Positions 63,005 to 64,000 of a stretch of DNA of 64,000 nucleotides are shown piece after piece. Source of the DNA: Nitrosopumilus sp. (lineage in GTDB: Archaea > Thermoproteota > Nitrososphaeria > Nitrososphaerales > Nitrosopumilaceae); the NCBI GenBank assembly GCA_965218785.1, contig OZ244650.1, forward strand, positions 1-64,000. The letters are read 5' to 3'. Both the position numbers and the translations under genes were made by a program. A model generated the notes under the pieces. The model was not told the origin of the DNA. It made no database searches and saw nothing but the letters and a program-made list of their open reading frames with translations. Every line of letters begins with the position of its first letter. Positions within the stretch are counted from its first letter, which is position 1.

Positions 63005-64000
63005 CTTCAAAAAAACCAACATCTGGATATAAATTAGTAACATTAAATCCAAAAATTCTAAAATTTATTATTCCAGAAGAATGGGATTTTGTAAAATTCA
63101 ACAAATTAACATTAAAAATTACTGATGGAACACATTTTACTCCCAAATATTTGAGTGAAGGTATTCCTTTTTTACGGGTAACAGATATTCATACAAAAAC
63201 AATTGAATGGAAATCTGTGAACAAAATCAGTAGTGTAGAACACATGGAATTGATTAAGAGGTGTAATCCTGAAAAAGGAGACATATTATTTTCAAAAAAT
63301 GGAACCATTGGAATTACTACAATTGTTGATTGGGATCAAGAATTTAGTATTTTTGTTAGTTTATGTTTAATTAAACCACTTAATGAAAAAATAGAAACAA
63401 AATATCTGTATTGGGTTTTACTTTCAAGAATTATTAAAATTCAAATAGAATTAAGATCAAAACAACTAAGTGTACAAAATTTACATTTAGAAGAGATTCG
63501 TGATTTTGATATACCGTTACCTCCGTTAAATGAACAACAAAAAATTGCATCAATTCTTTCTAATGTTGATGCAAGCATAGAAGCCACACAGCTGATAATC
63601 GAAAAAACAGAGAAATTGAAGAAAGGATTGATGCAGAAGTTGTTAACTCGAGGAATTGGGCATACAAGGTTTAAGAAAGTAAAATGGTATTTTGGAAAAA
63701 TGATTGAGATTCCTGAAGAATGGAATATTCTAAAATTTAAGAACATATCCAAAATAAATTCTGAAAAAATTAATGAAGAATATCCTCATCAAAATATAAT
63801 TTATGTAGATATTGGCTCCATTGATAAATTTCAAATTACAGATTATGATATATTTGCATTAGATGATAGACCTAGTCGAGCACAGCGGATTATTCAAAAA
63901 AATGATGTTATTGTGTCTACCGTTAGACCTTATTTGAAAGCCTTTTCAAAAATAAATGATAATAAACCAAATATGATCTGTTCTACAGGATTTGCGGTGA
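63001..64000 (+). CDS. hsdS: Type I restriction-modification specificity subunit (3'-truncated by window edge)
   Basis: Hand translation from TTG 63001: IPEEW...ITDGTH.TP...PLPPLNEQQKIASILS...KKGLMQKLLT...IPEEW (second TRD). Confidence 0.92.
   Translation, partial: MTSKKPTSGYKLVTLNPKILKFIIPEEWDFVKFNKLTLKITDGTHFTPKYLSEGIPFLRVTDIHTKTIEWKSVNKISSVEHMELIKRCNPEKGDILFSKNGTIGITTIVDWDQEFSIFVSLCLIKPLNEKIETKYLYWVLLSRIIKIQIELRSKQLSVQNLHLEEIRDFDIPLPPLNEQQKIASILSNVDASIEATQLIIEKTEKLKKGLMQKLLTRGIGHTRFKKVKWYFGKMIEIPEEWNILKFKNISKINSEKINEEYPHQNIIYVDIGSIDKFQITDYDIFALDDRPSRAQRIIQKNDVIVSTVRPYLKAFSKINDNKPNMICSTGFAV

Overview
This is a 64 kb chromosomal segment from an ammonia-oxidising archaeon (Nitrosopumilaceae-like, inferred from gene content such as the CFI-box-CTERM protein, CdvB, PolD and GGGP synthase). 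Bases 1-10 kb hold the replication-origin region: glyA, PolD DP2, GGGP synthase, four small putative DNA-binding or hypothetical genes, an ORB-containing oriC, cdc6/orc1 and PolD DP1. Bases 10-47 kb hold mostly core genes (cbiE, cyclophilin, Ndh-2-type oxidoreductase, hsp20-cdc48, cation/H+ antiporter, cysC/cysQ, cdvB, queE-folE-queC, thrB, GPN GTPase), interrupted by small AT-rich accessory islets. Bases 47-64 kb are accessory and defence-like: XPB-Bax1(DUF790), an Abi-family gene, a decayed IS66, an ORF with a perfect 78-bp tandem repeat, two HEPN-motif genes, a DUF262::HsdM deletion relic and an HsdS running off the window. Four signals stand out as unexplained. (1) A dispersed ~47-bp imperfect-palindromic repeat borders several accessory cassettes. 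(2) Dense TGTGAT and TTAAC motif arrays lie beside oriC, next to a membrane-anchored winged-helix gene. (3) A GC-rich three-way-junction RNA candidate sits at ~32.75-32.88 kb. (4) There is a three-gene unit with two HEPN motifs. No rRNA, tRNA or CRISPR array was recognised. All family calls come from visual motif recognition, not database searches.
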